A DNA stretch of 43,292 nt, the filler included, from Polymyxa betae A26-41 (lineage: Eukaryota; Protista; Endomyxa: Phytomyxea): the NCBI GenBank assembly GCA_003693705.1. It is 2 parts of 2 records of this genome, joined end to end, with 100 filler letters (N's around TTAATTAATTAA, not from the genome) between each part and the next. Parts side by side here need not be neighbours in the genome. Positions count along the whole stretch, not along the records: positions 1 to 20,915 come from RBZT01000686.1; positions 21,016 to 43,292 come from RBZT01000314.1. One strand, 5' to 3'. Shown piece after piece: positions 12,054 through 23,911 of the stretch (the first letter of the stretch is position 1; the number at the start of each line of letters is the position of its first letter). A program made the position numbers and the translations under genes. The notes beneath the pieces were generated by a model that searched no databases, was not told where the DNA came from, and saw nothing but the letters and a program-made list of their open reading frames with translations.

Positions 12054-13651
12054 TTAAGCAGCATTCTTCTTAGGTCCCGGTTGGGATTCCAGCAAATCTT
12101 TATCTTTTAGTTGCTCGTCCCTCCGACCATGTACGGTCTTGTAATAATTTTTGGTGAACTAAACTCAAAGTCAGCAACAATAACAAACACAGTAGAAGCA
12201 AACGATATCAAAACCAAAATCTCAATTGCCTGATCAGAACGTATTAATCTCAAGCGCCTTCCATAGACGTTGATGACGTTCCCAATTCCCAAATCGGCAA
12301 CCGTTACGTATTGGATACGATCTGATTCTTCAGTGCCAATCTGGTTAGTGCCAGACTGTTTGAAGTTTCTGAATCAAAATGAGAACCTGGCCTGAATACA
12401 GTGAATTATGCAGACTTGGGCAATGGCTGTCGTCGCAGCAACATTGTGGGCATATCGTAACCCAAGCTGGCATCTCTTTCACGACAAACTTCCAAGGTAT
12501 CGTCAGCAACGAAGAACCGAACTTGAAACAACGGAGCTCTGAGGAACATTTAGAGAATATCATCGCAAAACATCGCCATTTGCATTACTCGTTTGAAGAA
12601 GGATTTTCCATGACGGGCCAGAACCGTAATACGGTATGCATATTTGCCAGCATTTTGAACGTCCTGTACAGACAATTAATATGAAAACCCGAAGCAGTTT
12701 CGGGACTGCACACTTTTTCAACATTGTCTTCGTCGGTTTGCCTTTGGCAGCTTCGGCTAATCGCGAAACTGATGCCACCGATTCATTCTGACGTTCGTTA
12801 ACAACGACCTGTGCGATGCATCTGACTTCTTACCGAAACCGATTTTGCATTTTTTGAATGAAAAGGATCGAGTGGGACAGCTTTCTCTCCCTCAATGGAT
12901 AGAATGTTTTCCGATAATTGATGCTTCTCCATCCCTGCAATCAAATGTCATTAGAAAGCAACATAGAAATCGTTTCTATCTATACATTGCTTGGTCCATT
13001 CATCTGCATCGTAGATGTGCAGCATTCGACCGTAAAGATTAATATCGCCCCATTTTGATATGATCTGGGCGAATAAACTCCTGAGGACTGTTATTAAGAG
13101 GTATACGATGACGCTTTAGGGCGTATTCGCTCTGCGATAAACCGCTATTGGGTTCCAGGATCTCGCTCACTTGAATGGATCCATCCTCAAGATAAAGCAA
13201 AATGACGCAACGACGAGCACGCCTGGTTGAATGATTAACAGATAGATGGATAATGGTTTAAAACATTCCACAATTGACTTTCTAAATAGGCGAAATGAAA
13301 CATGACCCAAATTGCATAAGCTTACCAGTTTTCCAATGAACTTTCATGAACCGCTTCTTTAAAGAAAGCATAAAACCGCAACACATGATTAGAGTGACTA
13401 ATCCAGGTGGGAAGTGTAGACATTGGATACTGTGAAGACGACGGCTTCTTCTCATATTGAGACGTCTTGTTAACGGTGTGATTCACTTGGGCCTGGATGG
13501 TGATCGAAGGTGTTGACGATTTCGATCGCAGCTCATTGAATGTTTGAATACCATTTTTAATTTCAAGCGTATGCGATCGAGGAAATGATTCAGGCTGGTT
13601 TAAGTTAATGCAATATCCGGGCAGCTTCGGAAGCTGGAAATGATTCGCCAT
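12054..13651 (-). CDS. DM10-domain (EFHC1/EFHC2/Rib72 family) axonemal protein; two DM10 domains, one apparent frameshift
   Basis: MANHFQLPKLPGY...PTWISHSNHVLRFYAFFKEAVHESSLENW|RARRCVILLYLEDGSIQV..EPNSGLSQ..LKRHRIP; INLYGRMLHIYDADEWTK; VLRFW..FFVADDTLEV..LLRRQPLPK; DLGIGNVINVYGRRLRLIRSDQ|FTKNYY...PKKNAA* (stop 12054-12056). Confidence 0.8.
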
Positions 13652-14199
13652 TATAGAATGAAAATCAGAAGGTTCAGATATTCAGCCACGTTCCTATCAA
13701 GGCACGCTCCCAGTCCATGATCAAGAATAGGACTGGAACACATTTGGGTCCACCGAAAATCTCGGAAGATGTTCAATGGATCTGAAACGGCTTTAGTCAT
13801 ATTCTGATAGCCAGCCTGAGATCGAGGAGTCAACAGCTGATTCAGGTCCAGGGCCGCTTATTGCAACCAGAAAGTGGGGGTGAAAACCTTGAAGCAGGGT
13901 CCCATTGGTGCTTCCAGCCTCCAGGTGAGGAAGTAAAGCGAGACGAGCAATCATCCAATCAAGGCAATAGTGAATACTCGCTCATGTCGTCAGCGACACA
14001 GGGTCTCGTAGTTGATCAGCCAGGTAAAAGAATTACCTAATTTTCTTTGGTGGATAGAAGTACAATTATACAGAAAAATACAGCAGCAATCATTCTCTTT
14101 GTGTATCAGCGAAAAATCGCGGTTGGAACGTTTGTTTGTGCCATGAGGTACAGATTTTAGATGCCGAACCTAAATATTATCGAGATGCTCCAATTACAT

Positions 14200-14605
14200 T
14201 CAACTATATGGATCGAAAACGCTCTTGATGAAAGCTTGCCTGATTCGGAGAACTTGTTGACGCAGCTCATGGACAAGAACTAGAGCCTGTTTCCTGGATA
14301 TATCTTTGAGTTCAATCCAGGTCTCCTCGAATGGGCCTTCTTCATAATGAATCTGAATTTGAGAATCATTAAGCAGGACGACGGCCACAATAGCCTCCAT
14401 AGCAATTTCAACTTTCTGCAAACTAATCAGACGTGACAGGCATATTCTCTGCATTCTAACCGACCGGTTCGCTTTCAGCAAGCAGGCAACTCAGGCGGCG
14501 GTCGATGATTGTAACAGATACTTTATCGGGATGAAGAGAAAGCTCGGCCGCCCTCCAGATTCCGCCAAATAAACTCGGCCGCAGGAGCTTCACTCTTCTA
14601 ACCAT
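14200..14605 (-). CDS. Small hypothetical protein (~118 aa, 2 exons), possible PH-like fold
   Basis: ATG 14605 (MVRRVKLLRPSLFGGIWRAAELSL...). A 49-nt GT..CAG intron at 14416-14464 joins in frame to KVEIAMEAIVAV...HELRQQV...PYS*. Beta-strand pattern followed by a C-terminal amphipathic helix. Confidence 0.55.
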
Positions 14606-15198
14606 GACGACTGCTTTCAATTACATATATAGGTCATTGTGACTTGACCGAATTCAAATCTTCAGCAATTGAACTCCCGAAAAATACGAGGCTTTTAAAG
14701 ACGAGCGAAGTCCTTAGACGCTTATACAGAAAATATATCAAATAATTGCCAGTCATTACAAAAGCATTTCAGCCCAGATATTCGCAGAAATCGCATCGTT
14801 GAAACATGTTTTAAAATAACATCAGATCACAGAATAGCCCGTTATTGGGTCTCCTCTTTGGCCATCTGTGACGACTACGAATCTCCTACCTCACTATAAA
14901 GAGAAAGGAGAACGTCAAGCATAACAAAGGCGACATGAATTCATAGCTCCATGGTGGCTGACAACCTGTACAGTAGTAGCAGGTCTATCAATATCAATGA
15001 TAAGACATGACTTAAGAGAGCCCAAAGATATCCGACAAGTGAGCGCGGCCTCAACTTGTGTCGGATCGGATAGTGGCTCAAGGATAAAGATAGCCATTGG
15101 TTCACATCAGAAGCTAAATCCCAAATACTTACTGCTTGAATCAAGCTTCCAGGCGTCTTTTCTGTATGCCGCGCTGAATAGTCTTTTATTCCTTCAAG

Positions 15199-15776
15199 AT
15201 GGGTCGCAAGAAAATTCCAATCGAGAAGATCGAAAATGTAAAAAACCGAGCTGTAAGCTACCTGTATGATATAAATAGTTTGGAAATCAACTTCGAGTTT
15301 AGGTGACTTTCCGAAAAAGGCGACATGGTTTTTTCAAGAAGGCAACAGAACTATCGAAACTGTGCGATGTAGATATATCTATTATAATTTCCAACAAGAC
15401 TAAACCGGGAACCGTTCCAGGCGTAATCGACCAAGAAAGTCCAGTTATCACATACAGTTCAACCAATCTCAATCGGCATTTGACCAGCACTCTGGAGTAT
15501 CGAGGTGAGACGGCACATTTCGATGCCGACCTGCAAAATGTCAAAGCGAATTCGTTGGCGGCAAACTTTTTAGAATCCCCTCCTCTGGCAGAAGATGGCA
15601 TGGCACCACAACAGCATCAAGCAAGTCCTGGAAATCAAGCCACTTGTAGCTCAGCTGTATCTGTGCCTGCAGTTATTGTTCCTTCCTTTGAAGTGCTGCG
15701 ACCAATACCGAAACGAATCCCTGCACCAATGAAATCATCAAGTCAACCTATGGGTTCGCAGCCATTTATAAGATGA
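15199..15776 (+). CDS. MADS-box transcription factor (MEF2-like N-terminus)
   Basis: MGRKKIPIEKIENVKNRA | intron 15253-15302 (GTAAGC..TTTAG) | VTFRKRRHGFFKKATELSKLCDVDISIII: a canonical MADS domain. Confidence 0.93.
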
Positions 15777-15832
15777 GAAATGATGTCCTATGTATATTGT
15801 GTATGTACTATCTACCAGGTAAATATCTGCAA

Positions 15833-17780
15833 TTAATAATCGTCGTCGCTGTCGCTGGTTTCATCATTGTCTTCCGACTGCTGCAAGGCGATTCGAGAAG
15901 AGCGAGTTTTGGCCAGTGATGCTATTCTGCAGCGGCAGATCTTGCCACCACAGAATTTGTTAATATGGTAAATAAACAGAGCGAGCGTATTGAAAAGCAC
16001 GTGTCGCCCAGCGAGCGGATGCGTCTCCGATATCTTTCCGCAATCGTTCGAGACGAGTACGAAATACGGCGGAACGATGCTCATCTGCTCGATCATCACT
16101 GAATTTAGGATCTTTCGCTGTGTTTTGGACTACGAAATCCTGAATAGATTGGCAAATTAATAGAACATTCTTCTTACATGAGCTGGGCGATATATGAGGC
16201 ATGTTCTTGAGAAAGAACCCTGAGGTACGACTTGCCCATCAATCCATTTGGCGAAAATATGCAGCAATATTTGTGTGTCAGTTGGGGCAATATCTGGGCT
16301 CCAGGCTTTGCCTGCAGCCATATTAGAATTCAAACATCCTGGAAAAAGAGAAAGCATCACCTTTATAGGCGACACCTTTATCCCAAAGGTAAACGCCCAT
16401 CAGCGAATCGGAAGATAGCGCGAATAGCCGTGCACGAACATATTCAGCTGGGAAATGGGATTCAAGACCTGAAGGCGATTCTTCTGCAAAGCGAGGAATC
16501 GTCAGAAACTTGTCCAGCATGCGCCTTTTCTCCATCAGCGGCTGCAGTTGAGGTATCGAACCTTCAATGAAGAATCAACAGAACTGTAGCTTTAGAGTCT
16601 CTAACTCGTACCAAGATGTTCGCGAAACCTTTGGGCGATTTCCACAGAATTGTTTGGAGAGCAAGAAGCGATAGCTGTTCCTGCAACTGTTTGCGAAAAT
16701 TGAGGATCTTTAAGCAATGCTGTCCGCATCTCGACGAATTCGGCATCGTTCTCCCGAAGCTGATTGCTCAGCGGCCGCAGAATGTCTTGAGCCAAAAAAC
16801 CTGTAGAATGCGCTGAATAGAAACCAAAAGTGAAAACACCAGAGGGCGGTGTACTTCTCATATGTTCGGCCATGGTCTCCATTCTTCGAAGTGTAATATG
16901 CATGCGCTTAAGCTCCTGAAGGGCCAGATCGTGTAACACGACTTCTTGAACATCGTTATTGACATTTTGCCCATCAAGTTGTGATTCTTCTCGAACCGAA
17001 CACTGATAGGTAATGCCACTATATGGGCTCATATGATGTAGTGGCAACGACACTGGAGCGTCATAAATGTTGGGGAATCATTGCAGAGAAAGGAACGAAC
17101 AATTTGCTGGAGGCGTGGCCGAAAAAGACGACGAAAATTTCGACCTGGTGGACATTAAGGGCGAGCTAACTTGATAGGGCTGAGGTGGTGTTGCTGATGC
17201 ACTATAAGCAGTATATCGATTCTGTGAAACTGTTAGGGTTTAGGGTTAATTACCAAACCAGAACATCACATCAACAATAGACTGAAGAGGCAGATTTATA
17301 AAATAAAAGAAAGCAGTACTGTATAGAAATGGTTCCAAATGATTACCGGTGTTGAGGCTGATTGGGGCGAAACAACACTAACTGTGCTTGAGCCCAAGAA
17401 ATGCCCTCGATGTTTCGATGATTTAGGGGTGGCGATCGCCATTTCAAATTTATCTGCAGCTCGTTTGACGAACAGATACTCAATAGAATCGGCAATCAGT
17501 CTAAAATTAGGGCATGACATCAATACGGACCGAGAGAACGGAATGCCCTGAAAAACCTCATAGAGATCACGCCCATAACTACATAGCGAATTAGAACGTG
17601 ATCGATCTGGAGCCAGATGGCGACTCCGAGTGCCAGACAATCGGCAATGACGAGGCCCAGTCCCATATTAACGATGAACTTCCGCCACCGCTCAGGAAAT
17701 CGTCTGCGCAGATTTACGATCAAAATATCAGACAAAGCACCATCATCATCATTAAGCGATATGTTTGCAGTTTGCATTCC
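15833..17780 (-). CDS. TMEM209: TMEM209-like nuclear envelope protein (CytochromB561_N family), multi-exon
   Basis: C-terminal WSPDIAPTDTQILLHIFAKWID...PPYFVLV...GRHVLFNTLALFIYHINKFCGG matches the TMEM209 signature (W..LPTD..l.H.F..ylD ... PPHy.l ... GRNNmF.tl.lFly.ik). Two hydrophobic segments at ~17540-17680 and a Ser/Pro-rich middle region fit the family layout. 5' end uncertain. Confidence 0.75.
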
Positions 17781-19044
17781 ATTCTCAACAACATTTGTGA
17801 TTTGTAATGATGGCACCGAACCAGTAACTGTTACGAATAAACGAAGCAGGGTGCAATCATTGAAAGATGCAACTAGTTTTACACTAACCACGTTTATATT
17901 GAATTCGAAAATTTCGCTACTTTTAACTAAATGCTGGTTTTGCCGAATGTATTGGTTCACAATTTCACGACCCTTTGTGTTAGTCGCCGAGTCAGATTAT
18001 GTCATGAAAAGCTTCTCGATGCAATCATGTGACATTGACCGAATTATGAATACATTGACCATGTTTAGAGCAGAGTTGTGCTTCTAAGCATTGATCATGA
18101 TACAGACATGGTCTACAGCCTTGCATTCCGATCTGGCAGAGGTCTGGCCAGGCATCTCCTTTCATGGTCGTGTTCACCAACATCATTGCAGCATTCAGAC
18201 TATCGAGTTCAGCATTCACCACCTTCGTCTTGGTTGTAAACCCCAATCCCTCTTTCACCCTTATCGTCATATATTGCTGCTGTTAACGGTAGTAATGGTT
18301 TATTAACATTATCATCGACAATGTCAAAACTTACAAGATCTTCCATAATACTGCTCTTGTAATTCCAATAACGATATTACTGGTGCATTAACATTGTTAA
18401 TATTAACTGGTTGGTAATTGGTATGGAAAATGTCATGAATAAACCTCTTCAACCCCTATCAAAATTTATCATTTGCAACAAGACTCTATGAGAGTGACGG
18501 ATTTTCTAATAATGTGATTTCGACCTCAGTTGAGACGGGATTCTTGCCAATTTCCAACAGAGGCATAGCTGTAATCACTGCAATTCGTTTGATGTGTAAA
18601 CAGACTGAAAATTTGTAACGAGGAACGCTTCTTTCTGTTTGTAAATTGTGAAGATTTATGGTTGGCCTCTGAATGAAACAAGAATTGTCAAGATGTTCAA
18701 GCATCTTTCTGGCCATTTACAGTATCAGATTCAGCTTTCATTGCAAGACGATCCGGGCGATTTATTTAAAATTTCACCAGAATAATGACGGGTGCATGTG
18801 TTGGGATACTTTGTAAATTTTCATTCAGGGCAAAGAATATTATAGCCGCTTGATCAAGTCGCCAGACTAATCAATTTTTTGGAAATGTTGAAGCTGATTG
18901 AGGATACCATCATTAATTTCGCCTCGTTTAAATTGTGAAAGCGCGAATGCAGGCTATGCAAAACGAATTGTTGCCCGTAGTGATACTCTTGTTGGAAGCT
19001 AAACTCAAAAGTGAAAACTGTCAGGAACTACAGCGCAGCCTTAA

Positions 19045-20915
19045 GGGTCCCTGGATGTTGCCTTCTTCTACTGTAAATACGTTACAATACATATATGACT
19101 AGAAATTGAACTGAGGATAGCTCAGCTCAGTTCGGTAAACGCCGTTATTGAACCAACAACCTTCTGTTATTTCGTCGTCGTCGTTTTTGGTTGATCGGCA
19201 TTCTTTCCAGGTGGCTGGTCTGTTCCGCTTTCGTATTCTTCCTGCTTCAGCCCGTGTCCCGTTCGATACCCAAAATCTTCTTGTCTTCATTTAGTTGTTC
19301 TTGACAAAAATCACGGCAACTATACTCCATACGAGCGTATTCAATCATTATTTCATCCGCAAGTAAATCAGGGTTGCCATTGCCCTCCCAGATGAGGAAT
19401 TCCAGCAATTCGGCAGAAGGAAACCGATGGGAAATCGATATTACGTGTGGCCATTTCTCACAAATCGATTGTAAAATAAAATCCTTCGGCCAGTTAATAA
19501 TGGCAATCACCTGCAAGGTTTCGAACGCTATTGAACGAGAACGACTGCATAGACGTTGTCGCCAGATCCAAGGCGCCCAGATATCAAAAACACGAAATTG
19601 AAGGTCGCTTCTTGCGACCCAGGGGCTGCAATCGGATATGGATAGCAAACGTATTTCGAGCAACCATATGCAGGATCGCCATAAATACATTTCCCGTCAA
19701 AAATCTTGGCAGGATGAGATTCTAATTTCTACAGTAGACGGCTTTCAGCCAACATTGTCGAATCATGCCTTCGACCTTCCACAGGGCCAAACATACTAAC
19801 AATGATACCGTCTGGCGTTGTCACTCCTTGCCGGTTCAAGCAATGACGATGCGGATGCCCATTATAAACCGCACGCTGCAAGTTCTCATACGCGCTCTGC
19901 GGGTTATCCCGAGGACTTGGCCAACAAATGTACTGCTTGGTACCGTCGATGAACGCCCAGCATGAGCGCAGAGGTGCCCCAGCAGATAAACGGCCTCGCA
20001 GTATCGGCCGATATTTTTCTCAACCAACTTGACATTAAAATATATAACAGAGCTTGATATCGAGAGTATATGATATCGACCGTTTTTAAGATGATGCGAG
20101 AGCAGGCTGAGACTGAGCGACCGAATTCATTCGCCACGGTGAAGAGACGGCTAGGCTCACAGAAGCGACGGCAGACAAGAGCAAGCGCTTCGATTCCACT
20201 GGAGACGTCTCCACGTTTTGTTCGGACAACATCTGGGACTCCTAAAGCAATGCGAAGTCGATGCAGTTGATCTATTGTGAAGCGAAATCTGTGTCGAGCT
20301 GTCTCTGGATCTAAATCAAGAGCGAACGTGTTGGAACGGTCGATTTGCAGCGCTTGGCCTGGGCGAATTTTGAAGATGCCAGATTCCATTAAAAGCATCA
20401 TTATCTTGACGAATCGTTTAAAGTTGAATTTGCTAGCGCGTAGAGTGAAAACCATTAAGGCGAAGGCCTCTTTATCGCCCAGAGCTCGAAATCGGGCCAT
20501 ATACGTATATTTACAAACAAGGATATAGAATTTCGATCTGATCGTCTGACGCGGGACCAATCTGAAGATTCTTCGTCTCACTGTAGAGGGTCAACAGCCT
20601 GTCATAGGCTCAAACTCAAACTCAAAATGCTTCGAAACACTGGTTTCTGAATACTTGAGTTTGAGATTCTGTGACGGCGGACGAAACTCAAACTCAAACT
20701 CAAAAACGCTTCGAAAGTTCTCTAATAGAGACAATTCGGTGCGCCAGATTTGTTTTTGAGTTTGAGTTTCCTGCCGGTCATACAGTCGCTGATCAAACTC
20801 AATGCATGCAGTCATAAACTCAAACTCAACGATTGCTGAGAAAGCGCAACCTGTTGCTCAACAGAAGATTTTCGTTGAGTTTGCCCGTCTCAGAGTCACA
20901 AACCCTAACAAATAT
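19045..20915 (-). mobile_element. PIF/Harbinger DNA transposon, disrupted DDE_Tnp_4 transposase (~19130-20581)
   Basis: FRFTIDQLHRLRIALGVP...GIEALALVCRRFCEPSRL..FGRS; CWAFIDGTKQYI; AVYNGHPHRHCL..QGVTTPDGII..FGPVEGRRHDSTML; IYGDPAYG. Frameshift near 19985 and in-frame stops. Possible TAA|GGG terminus at 19042-19047; the other end runs into the gap. Confidence 0.85.
20610..20885. repeat. (AAACTC)n direct and inverted motif cluster, likely transposon subterminal repeats
   Basis: aaactcaaactcaaa at ~20611, ~20684, ~20815; gagtttgag at ~20657, ~20758, ~20878; all upstream of the Harbinger transposase. Confidence 0.65.
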
Positions 20916-21015
20916 NNNNNNNNNNNNNNNNNNNNNNNNNNNNNNNNNNNNNNNNNNNNTTAATTAATTAANNNNNNNNNNNNNNNNNNNNNNNNNNNNN
21001 NNNNNNNNNNNNNNN
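20916..21015. other. Artificial contig-joining spacer (44 N + TTAATTAATTAA + 44 N)
   Basis: Exactly 100 bp, symmetric, with a six-frame stop linker in the centre. Confidence 0.95.
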
Positions 21016-21681
21016 CAGGACCTGATACGACGAGTCCGAATCCATGATTGGATTACGGAAAATTCCGAGATCCTCAACCCGCTAACGACTATGATCCAAG
21101 AATGCGAGTCCCCAGCGACTGGTATCAAGGAAACTCCGCAACTACACCAGAGTGTCAAATCCTGACTAAACGAATTCGTCTAGAGACCGATGCCGTACTG
21201 GCCCATTTGGGAGACCGTCGCCAAGTAGCGCTATCTCCAAAAGACTGATCCAATTACGTTACAATCCGGATATCAACCTCGGGCTCTGCGTTATGGACAT
21301 CCGGAGTTACGAAGACATGGTCTGGATCCACCTCCGAGACACCGTACACTATGAGATTATCATTATGGATATCGGCTATTACGGCAGTCCTGACTGGATG
21401 GTCGTACTGGCCCAAATCAAGAAGGCGAACGCAGCCCTGTTAAAATGGCGATCTCTTCCGGACTTCTTTCTGAACAAGCCAAGAAATTCCTTTCGATCGT
21501 CAACACGGACCTGCCGAAGTTTCACATCCTCCCGAAACTGCATAAGAAGACTAAGCCGATACCGTCACGGCCTATTATCGGCGCAGTTATTTGGATCACT
21601 ACCAACTGGTCCATCTATCTTACTACTGTGCTGGAAAAGATCGAATGCGAACTCACGTTCAAGAATAGCTTCAACGTCTAG
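21016..21681 (+). mobile_element. Penelope-like retroelement reverse transcriptase fragment (frameshifted, truncated)
   Basis: DINLGLCVMDIRSYEDMVWIHLRDTVHY (DKNLG..vmd...Y....hL.D...Y) and LPKFHILPKLHKKTKPIPSRPIIG (P.fy.LPKiHK...p.RPIvs) are PLE RT N-terminal motifs. Confidence 0.8.
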
Positions 21682-21699
21682 ATGAAGGTGCTGTCTCTG

Positions 21700-22812
21700 A
21701 TGTTACATATTAGTTTTTAGGGAGGGGTATCTCCTCACGACGGCAACATATTGCACTTTATTGCATCGATGGGTCCCGATTGCCTTCTCCTGGATCCATG
21801 GATTAACACGAGAGCATTTTAAGGCACACTTTAATGCTGTTCTTAGAGCAGTGACATGACAGATTGCCTCATTTAACTGTGGTTTTGATGAGAAGCTTGC
21901 TCTATATATATTACAAAGCCTGTGGAACAGTGATGGATTTCTTTCAGGCACAGAGAGAAGGTAATATCGACGCCTTTGTCCTGATTACGTCCAGATTCAT
22001 GTGAGCTAATTATGTCATGTGTGGCTCACTTCATTTAAGTTGAAGGCGGAATCCCTGATGAAAGGATGTCAAGTTCATTTCGTTTGCTCTGCAAAGAGGA
22101 TTAGTCGAAACTATGCCATCGTAAGCCGTGGAGAAAACGGTCAGTTCATGAATATTGTGATGAAAGCAGTGAGAGAACCTATGCTTGAGGCATTTAATGA
22201 GTGTATTCTGATAAACCACAAACCCCAACGATATCGCTAGCGACTAAGTGTCATACAGCACATCACGGATAGTATGATTGCCAGCAGCGGATCAATGCCT
22301 TTGCAGACAATTCCTGAAAAGCTAACAGGTTCCGAAGGTGCTCAGTTCAGACTAGCAAGAAGCTGCCAGGATGAAGGATGCAATGAGGTGAATACACACT
22401 TAAATTTGAAACTTGCCCTGCTGTCGCTATGTAACTGAACGTTAACCACGATCTTGATGAGTACATCAAAATTGTTAATCTTCCATCTAATGTCTTGTTC
22501 ATTGAGCGTGGACAGAGTGATAATCAACTGGAAAAACGATTTGGTACCATCGATTCGGGCAAAATTAATTCCCCTCAGAGAATCAGAGTCAACGACAATG
22601 ATTGGATACTCACTGGAAGAATTAGTTCAACCAGTCAAGAAGGCAGTCACTTCACCACCCATGTTCAGCGATTGAACGGACGAATATCTGATGGATACTA
22701 TTATTTCGATGCTCTTCACAATCAAGGACGAGCGACACATGTTGACACGGATCTCTCGTTCCGGAAGTGGTCATTCTACTTGGTGTATACCAAAAGCAGC
22801 GACACACTGTAA
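21700..22812 (+). mobile_element. Degenerate MULE-type transposase remnant followed by a USP-like protease C-terminal fragment
   Basis: LMKGCQVHFVCSAKRISRNYAIV resembles the MULE GCxxH signature. Downstream WILTGRISSTSQEGSHFTTHV...GYYYFDAL...FYLVY resembles a USP His-box. Many stops. Confidence 0.4.
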
Positions 22813-22917
22813 CGAGAATGCACATAGTCAGATGCACATTGAATACAGCATGAGATCATACAGCTGAAAGTATTATCCTAAGCTAGACTGTCTAGTCGTT
22901 CGCTAAAATAGATAGTA

Positions 22918-23651
22918 GGGGGTATCAAAATTAAGCGGAGAATCGATTCTCCGGGGGTCCTGACTCCTCAAAGGTGCTGGGCAATCGATTCTCCGGCAGT
23001 CCAGAAAGGTGCGGGAGAATCGTTTCTTTTGGCGGGGTTATCAAAATTAAGATGGTTCGTACTACGAGATATTGACCAAATCATTCGCCTCCTTGCTATA
23101 TCCAGCTTTTCAGCTATGGTAGTAATCTTCTTACGCTATTAACGAATTCGGCAAGCAACTTGTATCCAGACATTTTGGTCAATTTTTGACCAGAAACTAC
23201 TGACTTATTCTTTGCCGCTGTATTTACCTTCTAATAAAGAGAAATTTCCGGGCTTCTCGATAAATGTAACCATTGTTAAACATTCTTTCATACTGTTGTG
23301 ACAACGTTTGTCGTTAGCATCTTCATGTTTGGTGATCGTAATGACTCTACGAGGCGCTTTAGCAGCCAGAGCACGTGGCTGCGAAGCGGCAGCTTGGGAA
23401 ACAGGTGATTCATAGCAGAAATGGATAATGTATTCGAGACAGAAACACAGACGTATATCCCATTATGACCAGATCAATCCCAAAAATCGGTCACGCTATT
23501 TCAACTCCGTGATTTTCCCGGGAGAATCGATCCTCCTTTGAGAATCGAAAATTATGCTGAATCTCGCGGGAGAATCGACTCTCCGGGGGTCTCAAACATC
23601 CTCGGAGAATCGATTCTCCGGGAGCGCACAAAATCGAATTTTGATACCCCC
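22918..23651. mobile_element. Non-autonomous DNA transposon, 734 bp, TIR GGGGGTATCAAAATT, TA-flanked
   Basis: ta|GGGGGTATCAAAATT ... AATTTTGATACCCCC|ta. Subterminal copies of the 16-bp palindrome GGAGAATCGATTCTCC at both ends. Confidence 0.85.
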
Positions 23652-23689
23652 TAGTGTCTAGCAAGCGCAGCCCACAATACAATTGTCGG

Positions 23690-23852
23690 GAGGCTGCGCT
23701 CTACCGGTCTACCTAGGGTTTTTGCGCCCATGCCAAGCCTGTCTACCTAATTCTGTAGCCCACCATTAAAAAGGTAGACAGGAAGTGGTAGACACCCTCG
23801 CATTTCTCTGCCTGTCTACCTTTTGCCTGTCTACCTTTTCTGTAGGCCCTTA
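23690..23852. repeat. Cluster of GTCTACCT/GGTAGAC motifs, probable MITE or transposon end
   Basis: About 6 copies in both orientations within ~160 bp. Confidence 0.55.
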
Positions 23853-23911
23853 GATAATAATCAGGCGCCCTCCTTGATGTGATTTAATAGATTATATAGG
23901 GCACGAGATCG

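Noticed and set aside
17232-17248. ttagggtttagggtt telomere-like motif
   Set aside because: Only two units, inside a probable intron; not distinguishable from chance or a telo-box.
20960-20971. TTAATTAATTAA as a biological site (PacI / piggyBac TTAA)
   Set aside because: Centred within symmetric N runs; assembly linker.
22918-23651. Spaced palindromic repeats suggestive of CRISPR or operator arrays
   Set aside because: Irregular spacing and confinement between TIRs; explained as transposon subterminal repeats.
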